Origin: a virus
Lineage: Duplodnaviria; Caudoviricetes
IMG/VR virus record: IMGVR_UViG_3300046531_000473
Span: 5,834 to 69,833 of that record
DNA: 64,000 bases
Strand: one strand, 5' to 3'
The notes beneath the pieces are model-generated. The model was given only the letters and a program-made list of their open reading frames with translations, made no database searches and was not told the origin of the DNA. This document shows positions 45,825 through 54,969 of the stretch, one piece after another; the first letter of the stretch is position 1; every line of letters starts with the position of its first letter. Position numbers and translations under genes: made by a program.

Positions 45825-45998
45825 TTACTCTCCGTAGATACCGAATGCTGCTACAAATGCAGCTCTACGCTCCGATGCTGTCAGCTCTGCTTCTGATGCC
45901 AACTCGACAAACTCGAAGCGATCGTTGACGCGCCGGATCACGCGGATTGGCATTGGCTGCTCGGTGGTGTCGATGGTTGCTTCAATGGTTGGTGTCAT
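45825..45998 (-). CDS. Hypothetical small protein
   Basis: MTPTIEAT...; RBS GGAGAAGGA. Confidence 0.55.
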   Translation of the reverse strand: MTPTIEATIDTTEQPMPIRVIRRVNDRFEFVELASEAELTASERRAAFVAAFGIYGE

Positions 45999-46087
45999 GG
46001 TATCCTTCTCCGTGAATCGTTTTCGATTCGCTTGCCTCGTTCGCTGGAAACTTTGATGTGGTACACCAGCGATCGGGGTTCTTCTTT

Positions 46088-46279
46088 TTAACTCGCTACT
46101 GGCAATACAGAACGAAACTTCTCTAAATCCGATTGCTTGTATAGCGACCACTTGCATGCTTCCATCCTGTATATCTGCATTCTTGCTTTTACGTTGTAGT
46201 AAAACATGAAGCGAGAAATGCGTAGGTATCTTGCGGCTGATGCAGCATTGTAGTACATCTCTCCGTCGATCTCGATCAT
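46088..46279 (-). CDS. Excisionase-like HTH protein
   Basis: YYNAASAARYLRISRFMFY...LYKQSDLE. Confidence 0.8.
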   Translation of the reverse strand: MIEIDGEMYYNAASAARYLRISRFMFYYNVKARMQIYRMEACKWSLYKQSDLEKFRSVLPVAS

Positions 46280-46307
46280 GTTTTTGTCCTACACTTTCAA
46301 CACTTTT

Positions 46308-46336
46308 ATTATAACTGACAGAAATGCGCTTGTCAA
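46308..46336 (-). promoter_or_regulatory. Perfect consensus sigma70 promoter (leftward)
   Basis: TTGACA-17-TATAAT. Confidence 0.92.
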
Positions 46337-46387
46337 TACTTTTTTGAACCAATATTTGCAATGTCAAAGAAATTGGTGTGAACTAGT

Positions 46388-46417
46388 TTGCAAACCTATA
46401 GCTACTCGTGTTATACT
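46388..46417 (+). promoter_or_regulatory. Rightward promoter
   Basis: TTGCAA-18-TATACT with extended TG. Confidence 0.65.
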
Positions 46418-46450
46418 AAGAAAAATTCATAGTTACTCAGGAGGACAATC

Positions 46451-47287
46451 ATGATACGCCGTAGAGGCCCTAAATCAAAGCAGACACCACCAGGCTACGT
46501 ACGCTTTGCTGAAGCTGCAAAACTCTTTGAACCGTTTACCAAGAACGCTTTCAATTATCGTGTAAGAGCAGGTGACATCACTGTTGCAGAAGACGATGGT
46601 GGAAAGATGTATGAGGTTGCTAGCGTTATATCAACAAAAAAAAGTCTTCTACATGAAGAGACGGAAAAGAAAGCCGCATTATCGAAGCATTATATCAGGT
46701 GGACGACTCCAAATGATGTTATCGCTTCGATGAAACTAGACAGGGACATCTACCATGAAGAATACTTGGCAGATACGGAACACTACAGAGAGCGCAAGTC
46801 GAAGAACCCCTACACATCGATAGCAGTTTTTGATAGTGAGAAGGAAGATACGATGTATGCCTACATTAGTCTCCTTCCTCTACCTGAAGAAACCATTATG
46901 GATATCCTTCTAGGCAAGCGAGATGAGACTGAACTCACATCAAAGGATATCCTGACCTACGATGAGCCTGGAGAGTACACGCTACTCGTTAGCAGTATAG
47001 CGCAACACCCTAACTATAAGAACCTCCTAATAGGCCTCATTCGAGAGTATACAGACTTCTGGGTCGACCTCTATCCTCAGAAAAGGATCAAGCGCATTTA
47101 CGCACAAACGGTCTCTGATGATGGCAGAAGAATGGTGCAGCAGCTACGGATGTCAGGAATGTACACAGTAAGCAATGGTAGTTTAGAGCGTATCAAAGAC
47201 GCCTACGTTCTGGACATGGATGAGCCAGCAGTATCAAGAGTTATCAGAGATTTTCAAGAAAGATTGAAAGAGCAGCAAAATGCATAG
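46451..47287 (+). CDS. HTH plus GNAT-like domain regulator
   Basis: N-terminal YVRFAEAAKL..NAFNYRVRAG; C-terminal YAYISLLPL...LLVSSIAQHP...RIYAQTVSDDGRRMV. Confidence 0.7.
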   Translation: MIRRRGPKSKQTPPGYVRFAEAAKLFEPFTKNAFNYRVRAGDITVAEDDGGKMYEVASVISTKKSLLHEETEKKAALSKHYIRWTTPNDVIASMKLDRDIYHEEYLADTEHYRERKSKNPYTSIAVFDSEKEDTMYAYISLLPLPEETIMDILLGKRDETELTSKDILTYDEPGEYTLLVSSIAQHPNYKNLLIGLIREYTDFWVDLYPQKRIKRIYAQTVSDDGRRMVQQLRMSGMYTVSNGSLERIKDAYVLDMDEPAVSRVIRDFQERLKEQQNA

Positions 47288-47326
47288 CGTACACAATACA
47301 CCTTTCGATTGTTTTGAGAGTGGTAT

Positions 47327-47827
47327 TCAGTAGGGAACGACGTATTCCTGATGCGTATAAGCTCCACCAGTATCTAGAGTGAGGCTGCGATTTAGGTTGA
47401 TGGCATTCGGGTCAAGGTTAATCGCGCCACTTGATGGGTCGGTAACTTTGACCAAGATCCTTCCCGCTGTGTACGAATCACTTGCCTCTTTTTCATCGTG
47501 ATAAGCAAACACAACAGATCCGCAAGAGTTGTCGAGATGCTGAGCATAGAAGTAAGCAAGTAAATCCTCTGCGAGTTGCTGACCAGTCAGGCTTGGATCA
47601 ACTGTCACCCTGTGCTTTGGCTGGGGACAACTCCCCATAAGGTCACCACTACTGATTTGAAACTTATGTATTGCTCGATAATCACCTTTTGCAGCAAGGA
47701 ATAGAAGATCGGTCACTGTTGCCGGTGGATAGTGGACTAATTGTGCAGCAGATGTTGGTGAAGGAGATTCGCTGCAACTAGCAAGCAGTAAAAGGACAAG
47801 AGGTAATATCAAGAATAACCGTCTCAA
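47327..47827 (-). CDS. Lipoprotein
   Basis: MRRLFLILPLVLLLLASC lipobox. Confidence 0.75.
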   Translation of the reverse strand: MRRLFLILPLVLLLLASCSESPSPTSAAQLVHYPPATVTDLLFLAAKGDYRAIHKFQISSGDLMGSCPQPKHRVTVDPSLTGQQLAEDLLAYFYAQHLDNSCGSVVFAYHDEKEASDSYTAGRILVKVTDPSSGAINLDPNAINLNRSLTLDTGGAYTHQEYVVPY

Positions 47828-47927
47828 TGTATGTCCCTCGTTTCAGGCAATGATGCAATGTGTGCACATATGTTACAACGAGTAAAGATGGCAAGGATAA
47901 CAATAGCGCATATGTTCGAGTTTTTGT

Positions 47928-47970
47928 GCAAGAAGGAACCCGTTCAGCAATCAAGCGGGCTCCTTCTTGC
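47928..47970. terminator. Strong hairpin/terminator
   Basis: GCAAGAAGGA-A-CCCG...CGGG-C-TCCTTCTTGC. Confidence 0.7.
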
Positions 47971-47996
47971 TAACAGCTTGTAACAGACTTTTGTGC

Positions 47997-48248
47997 TTAT
48001 AGATCAAACTTGTGGAGGCTGTGGAGATGCTGATGGCCCGCCGCATCTTGTCTGTCAGGCGTCCACCATTCGCACTCCTTGCACGTATAACCCTTTACAT
48101 TAATGCATTGCATCAAACACAAAATAAAGCCGATGATGAGCAACAGCCCAATGATAGCCATAGGATCGCAGCCAAAGATCAAAGTGGGCTGAGAGTTGCT
48201 TGGGGCACCTCCTGCTGCTAGAGTAAGTAACATTAACACGAGAAACAC
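47997..48248 (-). CDS. Membrane protein with C2H2-type zinc finger
   Basis: Hydrophobic N-terminal half; C-x2-C-x12-H-x3-H. Confidence 0.6.
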   Translation of the reverse strand: MFLVLMLLTLAAGGAPSNSQPTLIFGCDPMAIIGLLLIIGFILCLMQCINVKGYTCKECEWWTPDRQDAAGHQHLHSLHKFDL

Positions 48249-48356
48249 TTTCCTTTTTAGAACTAAATATCAACATACGCCGAATTCGACATATTGCTCA
48301 ACGAGTATGAGTTTTAATAGTCACAGGACAGGACAGAAGTGCTAGAGTGGACAACG

Positions 48357-48397
48357 AAAAGCCACCAGGTCAAGCACTGCTCAGTCTGGTGGCTTTT
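48357..48397. terminator. Bidirectional intrinsic terminator
   Basis: AAAAGCCACCAG...CTGGTGGCTTTT. Confidence 0.8.
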
Positions 48398-48410
48398 GCG
48401 TGGATGCACG

Positions 48411-48977
48411 TTACCTACAATGCCAAGAGAAGATGCCATTCTCCTCTACAAGAAAACGACTCTCATTCTCGAACTCACAGAACATCTCGATCAGGACATT
48501 CTCTACCATCTTATACAACTCAGGATAGAACTTCTTCTCCGACCACATATTGCCTGATATCGCTCGTGTATAGACGGCCTCGAACTCTACGATGCGTCCG
48601 TTGCTATTCTGATGCTCAGCATGTGCGAGGATATCGCTGACAATCTCTTTTGTCATCTCTTCGCCGTCCTGAAATTGAGATGATATGAACTCACGGATCA
48701 TAGCTGGAATATTTCTTTTACCATCAAGTCCGCTAATGGGCTTGTAGTTCCTGATTTCATACATAACCTCCCAATGAGGAGTGACACGATTAACCGAGCG
48801 ATCAGAGTTCGGTTTAACCCAAATCACTCTGTACTTGCGCCCATCGGGGCCCCAGGCATAGCGCCGATCTTCGCGAGGATTAATCACCGTCTCGACCTGG
48901 ATCTTAGTGACTACGCGGCTTCTGTTACCACGCTCATCCTCAATGAACTTACCAGTCTCGTGATGAATTGTTGTCAT
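48411..48977 (-). CDS. Hypothetical protein
   Basis: 188 aa, RBS AGAAAGG. Confidence 0.6.
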   Translation of the reverse strand: MTTIHHETGKFIEDERGNRSRVVTKIQVETVINPREDRRYAWGPDGRKYRVIWVKPNSDRSVNRVTPHWEVMYEIRNYKPISGLDGKRNIPAMIREFISSQFQDGEEMTKEIVSDILAHAEHQNSNGRIVEFEAVYTRAISGNMWSEKKFYPELYKMVENVLIEMFCEFENESRFLVEENGIFSWHCR

Positions 48978-48994
48978 TGTTTTGCCTTTCTATG

Positions 48995-49189
48995 CTATAG
49001 CGTCTTTAACAAGCTCAAAAGCTCACTTTGAGCATCTCTTAGCTTATCGATGATCTGCCGCGTTCTCTCAGTGTCACCCTGAGTAACGTTCAAACCTCCG
49101 TCAAACATATTGCTAAGTACACTGCACGCGCTATTTATCTTCTCATTCGTGATTTCAACGATAGCGACTTTATCAACTGTGTGTGACAT
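48995..49189 (-). CDS. Hypothetical protein
   Basis: 64 aa. Confidence 0.5.
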   Translation of the reverse strand: MSHTVDKVAIVEITNEKINSACSVLSNMFDGGLNVTQGDTERTRQIIDKLRDAQSELLSLLKTL

Positions 49190-49281
49190 TTTGGTTTACC
49201 TTTCTTGATTTGTGGTAGAATACTGATGTACCTTCTTTTGGCTTCAGCACTGGGTTGCTCTACTATCCAGTGCTGCTTTTG

Positions 49282-49725
49282 TCATTTCTGCGCTATTTCA
49301 ATGACTCTCTTGCTATTCCACTGTTTCTCGTCGCTAAGTCCGAGCATCGCAACTTGTCCTATCCGCAAATTACGGGCCCGCTCAACGAGAGACGAATCCA
49401 CATCGATGCAGCCTGGCATGAACGATCCCTGCCTCATAATCTCTAGCGATTTTCCGTCATCCATGATGTCTAAAATCTGGTATTTTTCAGTCTTCATTGT
49501 CTTCTCCTTCATAGCAGAGGCTATGATCTCTTCTGCAATTCTAACCGTTTCGGATGCTTCTGCTGCTGTTTGTGCTCTACGCTGCAATTCAAAGGCGGCA
49601 TCACGGCTTGCCCAACGATTTCGGAGTGCAAGGACCTTGGCATGCGATACTAGCCATTGAAGATATTTTGTGTCGCACTCGCTGATTTGGTGCCCTTTGT
49701 ATTTCTTTCCGAAATCGATGATCAT
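49282..49725 (-). CDS. Protein with FGK-x-G...YLxW motif (DUF3820/ExoX-C-like)
   Basis: IDFGKKYKGHQISECDTKYLQWL. Confidence 0.7.
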   Translation of the reverse strand: MIIDFGKKYKGHQISECDTKYLQWLVSHAKVLALRNRWASRDAAFELQRRAQTAAEASETVRIAEEIIASAMKEKTMKTEKYQILDIMDDGKSLEIMRQGSFMPGCIDVDSSLVERARNLRIGQVAMLGLSDEKQWNSKRVIEIAQK

Positions 49726-49787
49726 TTCGATGCTCCTTCTCGCTAGTGTTTCTTCAGGAGGACCGTTACCTCACTGCTTCTATATGA

Positions 49788-49816
49788 ATAATAACATTTA
49801 TAGTGCTATTTGTCAA
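49788..49816 (-). promoter_or_regulatory. sigma70-type leftward promoter
   Basis: TTGACA-17-TATTAT. Confidence 0.8.
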
Positions 49817-49944
49817 TAGCTTTTAGCGTGCTTTTTGAAAACTGATAAAAATTGGTTTTCCACTCTAGAGGACTTGACAAACCACCACCTTACAAGTTAT
49901 TATTCTCATATCACTTAAAGTGCTTTTTAAAAGGAGACGAATCC

Positions 49945-50226
49945 ATGAATGAAAACATCAACCTTAGCGAGTGGTATAGTGCCACAGCTGCTGCAGAGAG
50001 ACTTAGTAGAAATAGCGGCAAGCCCATTAGCTCTTCATACCCACGCAAACTAGCAGAATACGGAAGAGTACGAACTCTCAAGATAAGTGAGAGGAATGTT
50101 CTCTATAAGAAAGAGGATATTGATCCTTATATTGTTGAGGAAAGAGGCGAAAAATCCGCACGAGCAAAGAGGCAGTCGGCACGACCTAAAACCAGGAGAG
50201 ATAGGCCGACTAAGAATGCGGCATAG
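49945..50226 (+). CDS. HTH (excisionase-like) protein
   Basis: WYSATAAAERL...LYKKEDID; start 49945 after AAGGAG. Confidence 0.75.
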   Translation: MNENINLSEWYSATAAAERLSRNSGKPISSSYPRKLAEYGRVRTLKISERNVLYKKEDIDPYIVEERGEKSARAKRQSARPKTRRDRPTKNAA

Positions 50227-50439
50227 CCTATAAACGTTGAAGAGTCTTTTCAGACCGTGATACACGCGGAAGGACAACATAGTGAACAAACCTGATACCT
50301 GACGGGCCAAGACGTTAGCTCCCAACAAACAAAAAAGATTACCAGCAACTCATAATTCTTGGCAGAGTTTGTCGCTGATAATCTTCCAGTTGAAACCTTG
50401 GAGGTTTCAAAGTAACCCGATATAAGGATTATAGCATAC

Positions 50440-51777
50440 ATGACAAACGTTACACAAGAACCCGCCTACAGTCCAGCCATTGATCAAGTCATACAGTGGG
50501 TGCTAGAAGACATCCTTGATCACAATCAACAACCATCAGCAGATATCATAGCAATGGTTGAACCAGGAAGTGAAGCATCTAACATCATCTCTTCACTTAG
50601 CAGTATACTGCGCGATAGTGATGAAGCAGGCCTTAGACACGCATTTATGGGACTTTGCAAGAAACATCCATGGCTAGGAGAACTGAAAACCAAGCTAGTA
50701 CCTCCACGGCCTGGAACTGAGGGAGAGCAGAAGACAGGGGGAACAAAGGAACGGCAATATCAGCTTCAACCTCTGAGCTACTTCAAAGGCAGGCCAAAGC
50801 GCGAGTGGGGCGTCGATCAGATTATATTTGACCGAGGATCATCCATTTTTGTAGGTGCCAGTGGAAGCGGCAAATCTACTTTTGTACTTGACATGTTTCT
50901 GAGCAGAGCTTGCGAAGTGGCCTTTATCAATAGGCTCACGAAACCAGCATTTCTCGTGTGGATAGCAGGTGAAAGCGCTGATGAGCTGTACCCACGTGTT
51001 GCGGCATTTCTCGCTTGCCACAAGATACCGGAAGAGCAACTCAAGAACTTTCTTGCATTGGATGACCGGATGCCATTCAACAATGTTGCTGAAGTCCAGA
51101 TATTCATAGAAGAAGTAAGAGAGCAGTTAGTGTTAATAGGAGTCACACCAGAGACACATTCAATTGTTTTTGTGTTTGATACCTACGCCAAATGTACGCC
51201 AGGAGCAGATGAGAATAGCACCCAAGAAACGAAGATCATAACGTCATCCATAGATGAGATAGGAAAGACGTTCAATGCGCACATATCAATCATCCACCAT
51301 ATGAACGCACAAGGAAAGATAAGAGGTAGCACAGCATTCAAAAGCTCTGTAGACACCGTTTGGAATGTGAGCAAAGAAGGCGATATTATGTCGCTGCACT
51401 GCGATAAAATGCGAGGAGTACGAGAACCTGAAGATTTTACGGTGGAAGTACGCAATATTATTCTTGACCAGGACAATATTGGGGACCCTGATAGTTCTGC
51501 TCCCGTCATTTATCCAAGCAACGCAAAGAGTGACAATTTTACACCGTTAGCACATTTACAGATGCTGCGAATTTTGAGCGCAAAATCACAACTTGCTAGT
51601 GGTGAATGGCAGAAACTTTGTGAAGAGGGACATAACATTTCACGGCCTACATTCCACAGACATTTAAAGTTGTTAGTTGCCAATGACCTTGTTAACGCGC
51701 CTGCTGAAGAAGAAAAAGAACTTGGCAGAAAAGTGTATTATTCTCTTTCACCGAAAGGTGTCTTATTGCTTGGATAA
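50440..51777 (+). CDS. AAA_25/RepA-type helicase with C-terminal wHTH
   Basis: GASGSGKS, VFDTYAKC..GADEN, IIHH....IRGSTAF. Confidence 0.88.
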   Translation: MTNVTQEPAYSPAIDQVIQWVLEDILDHNQQPSADIIAMVEPGSEASNIISSLSSILRDSDEAGLRHAFMGLCKKHPWLGELKTKLVPPRPGTEGEQKTGGTKERQYQLQPLSYFKGRPKREWGVDQIIFDRGSSIFVGASGSGKSTFVLDMFLSRACEVAFINRLTKPAFLVWIAGESADELYPRVAAFLACHKIPEEQLKNFLALDDRMPFNNVAEVQIFIEEVREQLVLIGVTPETHSIVFVFDTYAKCTPGADENSTQETKIITSSIDEIGKTFNAHISIIHHMNAQGKIRGSTAFKSSVDTVWNVSKEGDIMSLHCDKMRGVREPEDFTVEVRNIILDQDNIGDPDSSAPVIYPSNAKSDNFTPLAHLQMLRILSAKSQLASGEWQKLCEEGHNISRPTFHRHLKLLVANDLVNAPAEEEKELGRKVYYSLSPKGVLLLG

Positions 51778-51780
51778 AGT

Positions 51781-51879
51781 AGTCTCACTAGTCTCAAAGC
51801 AGTCTCATGAGACTGGTGAGACTCGCTAAAAAAGTAGTCTCACTAGTCTCATCATCTATAGGATGAGACTAGTGAGACT
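51781..51879. repeat. Origin-like iteron cluster (AGTCTCA x5, TGAGACT x4)
   Basis: Includes a perfect 18-bp inverted repeat, 51836-51853 and 51862-51879. Confidence 0.9.
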
Positions 51880-51914
51880 GGTTAGCCGGAACTTTCTGAG
51901 AAAGGAAACTGAAA

Positions 51915-53210
51915 ATGAGATTTGACCTACTTGCTGAGATGGAACGTGATGGTTTTAGTTCGTCTCGTAAGTCCACGAGCAGAAGTGGGCAGATAAACGG
52001 TAACTGCATATTCGGTTGTGGTGGTCTTGGGACAGACAGGCTAAGAGTACAGCCGAATTATGGTGAGCATGGTTGGTTTATATGCGAACACTGCAACACG
52101 AAAGGGACAAGCATAGACTATCTTATGATTAAGAGAGGCAAGAGTAAGAATGAAGCACTTGCTGAGGTAGGATGGAAACCAAAGGACGGCAGTGAGCCAA
52201 AGTTGCTTGTACCTAAGAGTATGTCGGAAGTTGTGCCTACTCACAACCCACCGTCTAAATTGTGGCAAGAAAGCGCTAGGGCATTTACTCAGTACTGTGA
52301 AGGTATTCTATGGAATGATCTAGGACAGACGGCTCTAGCCTATCTACGTGGCCGTGGGCTAAATGATGAGACAATCATGGCGGCCCGTCTTGGCTACAAT
52401 CCTGTTGAGATGAGGCAGACGGCTTCTAAATGGGGACGTGAGCAGCATAGCAAACTCTGGCAAGGGATCATCATTCCCTGGCTTATTGGAGAGGACTTGT
52501 GGCGTATCACTATTCGTGATGAGAAGGCAGTAGATAAGTCAGATCGATACAGACAAGTAGCTGGTGGCTCCAATGGATTATATCTAGCCGACTCGCTTAC
52601 CTATCATCGGCCTGTCGTTCTCGTGGAAGGAGAGTTTAGCGCCTTATCCGTTGCTCAGGAGTGCGGACGGTATGTAGCCGTATGTGCAACGGGCTCAACT
52701 AGTGGTTCCCACGCTGACCGATGGGTTACCTCACTCGCTGCTCAGGAGTTGGTACTTGTCGCCTTTGATGCTGAGGAGAGCGGAGACCTAGCCTCCAAGT
52801 GGTGGCTAGACTTGGACAATGCGCAAAGGTTACGCCCATTTTGGGATGATCCTAATCAGATGTTGCAGGACGGCGTAGATCTGTGGGCTAATTGGATTGA
52901 ACCCCGACTTCAATCTATTCTTGTCGAGAAAGAGAAGATGCAAGCGGAGACCAATCTATCCGATCTGCAACATCTAGCTGAAGAGGCATTCTGCTGTGTC
53001 TGTTTGGACCTGGGCAAAGATACATTCGCGCCGTATGAGGACGATGGTTTCATGTATTGTGATGAACACTGCCCACAACGGGATACAGAGTCAGCAACCT
53101 CTGACATCATCCCTGGCTGTACCTTTGGCCCAACAGGCACCATTGAAGCACGGGGCGAGCAGATGGAAGCAGAGAGCAAACAGAAGTGGTTGCAAGGCTA
53201 TGTCAAATAG
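51915..53210 (+). CDS. DNA primase (Zn finger plus TOPRIM)
   Basis: CIFGC...DRL...CEHC; YLRGRGL; VLVEGEFSAL; AFDAEESG. Confidence 0.85.
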   Translation: MRFDLLAEMERDGFSSSRKSTSRSGQINGNCIFGCGGLGTDRLRVQPNYGEHGWFICEHCNTKGTSIDYLMIKRGKSKNEALAEVGWKPKDGSEPKLLVPKSMSEVVPTHNPPSKLWQESARAFTQYCEGILWNDLGQTALAYLRGRGLNDETIMAARLGYNPVEMRQTASKWGREQHSKLWQGIIIPWLIGEDLWRITIRDEKAVDKSDRYRQVAGGSNGLYLADSLTYHRPVVLVEGEFSALSVAQECGRYVAVCATGSTSGSHADRWVTSLAAQELVLVAFDAEESGDLASKWWLDLDNAQRLRPFWDDPNQMLQDGVDLWANWIEPRLQSILVEKEKMQAETNLSDLQHLAEEAFCCVCLDLGKDTFAPYEDDGFMYCDEHCPQRDTESATSDIIPGCTFGPTGTIEARGEQMEAESKQKWLQGYVK

Positions 53211-53381
53211 CACAGGATAGCGCTGCTAATCACTGAGAAGGACGACAGTGCCGATGCTGATTGGCAGACTGCTGATTGGCTATGCAGTTTGCCAAGGGCT
53301 CGGTGATGGCTCACAGTGAGCATTGCCGGTTGTGCCGAGTTAGGCTAATATAGGAGAAACTAAGCAGGAGGAACACTCTCC

Positions 53382-54158
53382 ATGGGCCAAGTATGGGTAA
53401 ACGGTCATTGGCGCAAAAAGCCAACCAGGAAACGCGGTGGTGGTGATTTATCTTCGATAGGCTGTATGGCTCCGATGGTTTTGTTGGGAGGAATCCTAGT
53501 ACTCTTGCTCTATCCTTTGTTCATCCTATATCTATTTGTCTCCTCGCATCCAGAAATAGTAGGATTGTTTGTTGTATTGGCTCTTGTTGCAATTGTAGGA
53601 TTTGTCATTTTCAGATCTAATAGAGACAAGATTGAGGAGAGAAAGAGAAGGGATTTTCAAGCTTATCAGCAATACACAGCCCAAGTGCAGGCTCAAAAGG
53701 ATGCTGAGCAACACCATCAACAAATGGTTTACCGAGGACAAGAACTAGCACGTAGAGAGCGTGAACGCTTTGTCAGGGTAAAAACCCTGGGGGATATGCT
53801 GATGCTGACACCCACAGAATTTGAAGAAGCCATTGGAAGAATGTTAGCGTCGAAGGGGCTTCACCACGTCCAACGAATTGGTGGCAGTGGTGACTTGGGC
53901 ATTGATCTCCTAGCTAACGATACGCACGGCAACCGTATTGTCATACAGTGCAAGCGATACGCGCCAGGGAGGTCTATTGGCACTCCAGATTTGCAAAAGT
54001 TTATCGGCATGATGTTTGTCCATCATAAAGCGCAAAAGGGTATTTTTGTTACCACTTCAATATTTAAGCAAACAGCAATAGACTTGGCTCATGATAATGA
54101 TATATTGCTCATCGATGGCAATTCTCTTGTCAATCTTATGCAAGGCATAACGATGTAA
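53382..54158 (+). CDS. Membrane-anchored Mrr-like restriction endonuclease domain protein
   Basis: Two TM segments; EFEEAI...GDLGIDL...VIQCKRY...FVTTS. Confidence 0.9.
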   Translation: MGQVWVNGHWRKKPTRKRGGGDLSSIGCMAPMVLLGGILVLLLYPLFILYLFVSSHPEIVGLFVVLALVAIVGFVIFRSNRDKIEERKRRDFQAYQQYTAQVQAQKDAEQHHQQMVYRGQELARRERERFVRVKTLGDMLMLTPTEFEEAIGRMLASKGLHHVQRIGGSGDLGIDLLANDTHGNRIVIQCKRYAPGRSIGTPDLQKFIGMMFVHHKAQKGIFVTTSIFKQTAIDLAHDNDILLIDGNSLVNLMQGITM

Positions 54159-54272
54159 CTAGTGCTGCTCAGCACTGAGAGCCACGACAAAGCCACTGTG
54201 GTGATGTTGACAGGCGAAGCGATGTGCCGCTATGATGATGCCACTACAACGACTACAGAGAGGAACGGTGCC

Positions 54273-54542
54273 ATGATAGGCGAGGTGATAGGCGAGGTGA
54301 TACAGCATATTCTTGATAAAGGTTTCTTTGTTAGGTTTACCTATGACATCCAAGACTGCTATCGTTTAAGGGCTTGGAAATATTATAATGATGATATGTG
54401 CACATGTGAATGGGAAGTTAGTGATTTTTCAGTTAGTCAGAGTATCGTTAAGGAAGTATCAATTATGGAAGCAGATAGGTATTTAAAGCAAGTAGATGAT
54501 AATATTGCACAGCGTCGATTGATTGATAGTGCATTGAGATGA
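54273..54542 (+). CDS. Hypothetical protein
   Basis: Start moved to 54273 (GAGAGGAA). Confidence 0.5.
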   Translation: MIGEVIGEVIQHILDKGFFVRFTYDIQDCYRLRAWKYYNDDMCTCEWEVSDFSVSQSIVKEVSIMEADRYLKQVDDNIAQRRLIDSALR

Positions 54543-54868
54543 AAAAGACTGAGGAGATACAGCCAAACTACGCACCAATATACGCAGCAGCTCTCTATCC
54601 TAAGCTTTGCAAGCTTTTTCAGAAGCACGGGTATGCCCTTGCCATTCATGGGAGCTTAGCAAGAGATTTTGATATAATTGCTGTACCATGGGGTGAGAAG
54701 CTATCAAGTCCAGACGATATAATCAAAGAGATGACAGAGAGATTTGTTTTTAGGCAAATTGGAGAGCCTGACGAAAAACGCTATGGCAGGATTGCCTATA
54801 CTATCTCGATAGGGTTTGGAGAGTGCGCATTGGATTTATCGTTCTTCCCTAGCGCCACTAATCACTGA
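54539..54868 (+). CDS. Nucleotidyltransferase-like hypothetical protein
   Basis: GYALAIHGSLARDFDIIAVPW (GS...DxD pattern). Confidence 0.6.
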   Translation: MKKTEEIQPNYAPIYAAALYPKLCKLFQKHGYALAIHGSLARDFDIIAVPWGEKLSSPDDIIKEMTERFVFRQIGEPDEKRYGRIAYTISIGFGECALDLSFFPSATNH

Positions 54869-54969
54869 GAACCACGACAAAGCCGCTGTGCCAGCAAAGA
54901 CAGCCAAGTACTTCTCAGCAATCCAATGTTGGCACAGCGGCTTCTCGATTAGCATCGAAAGGAACATCA

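Noticed and set aside
45825-46367. 180-aa ORF as given in the track
   Set aside because: Extension crosses the HTH gene and the consensus promoter; RBS supports a start at 45998
47863-47918. LexA-box-like sequences (GCAC-ATAT-GTTA, GCGC-ATAT-GTTC) upstream of the lipoprotein gene
   Set aside because: Two mismatches each to GAAC-N4-GTTC; too weak to claim
54275-54302. 12-bp tandem duplication GATAGGCGAGGT
   Set aside because: In-frame micro-duplication (IGEV x2) with no further pattern
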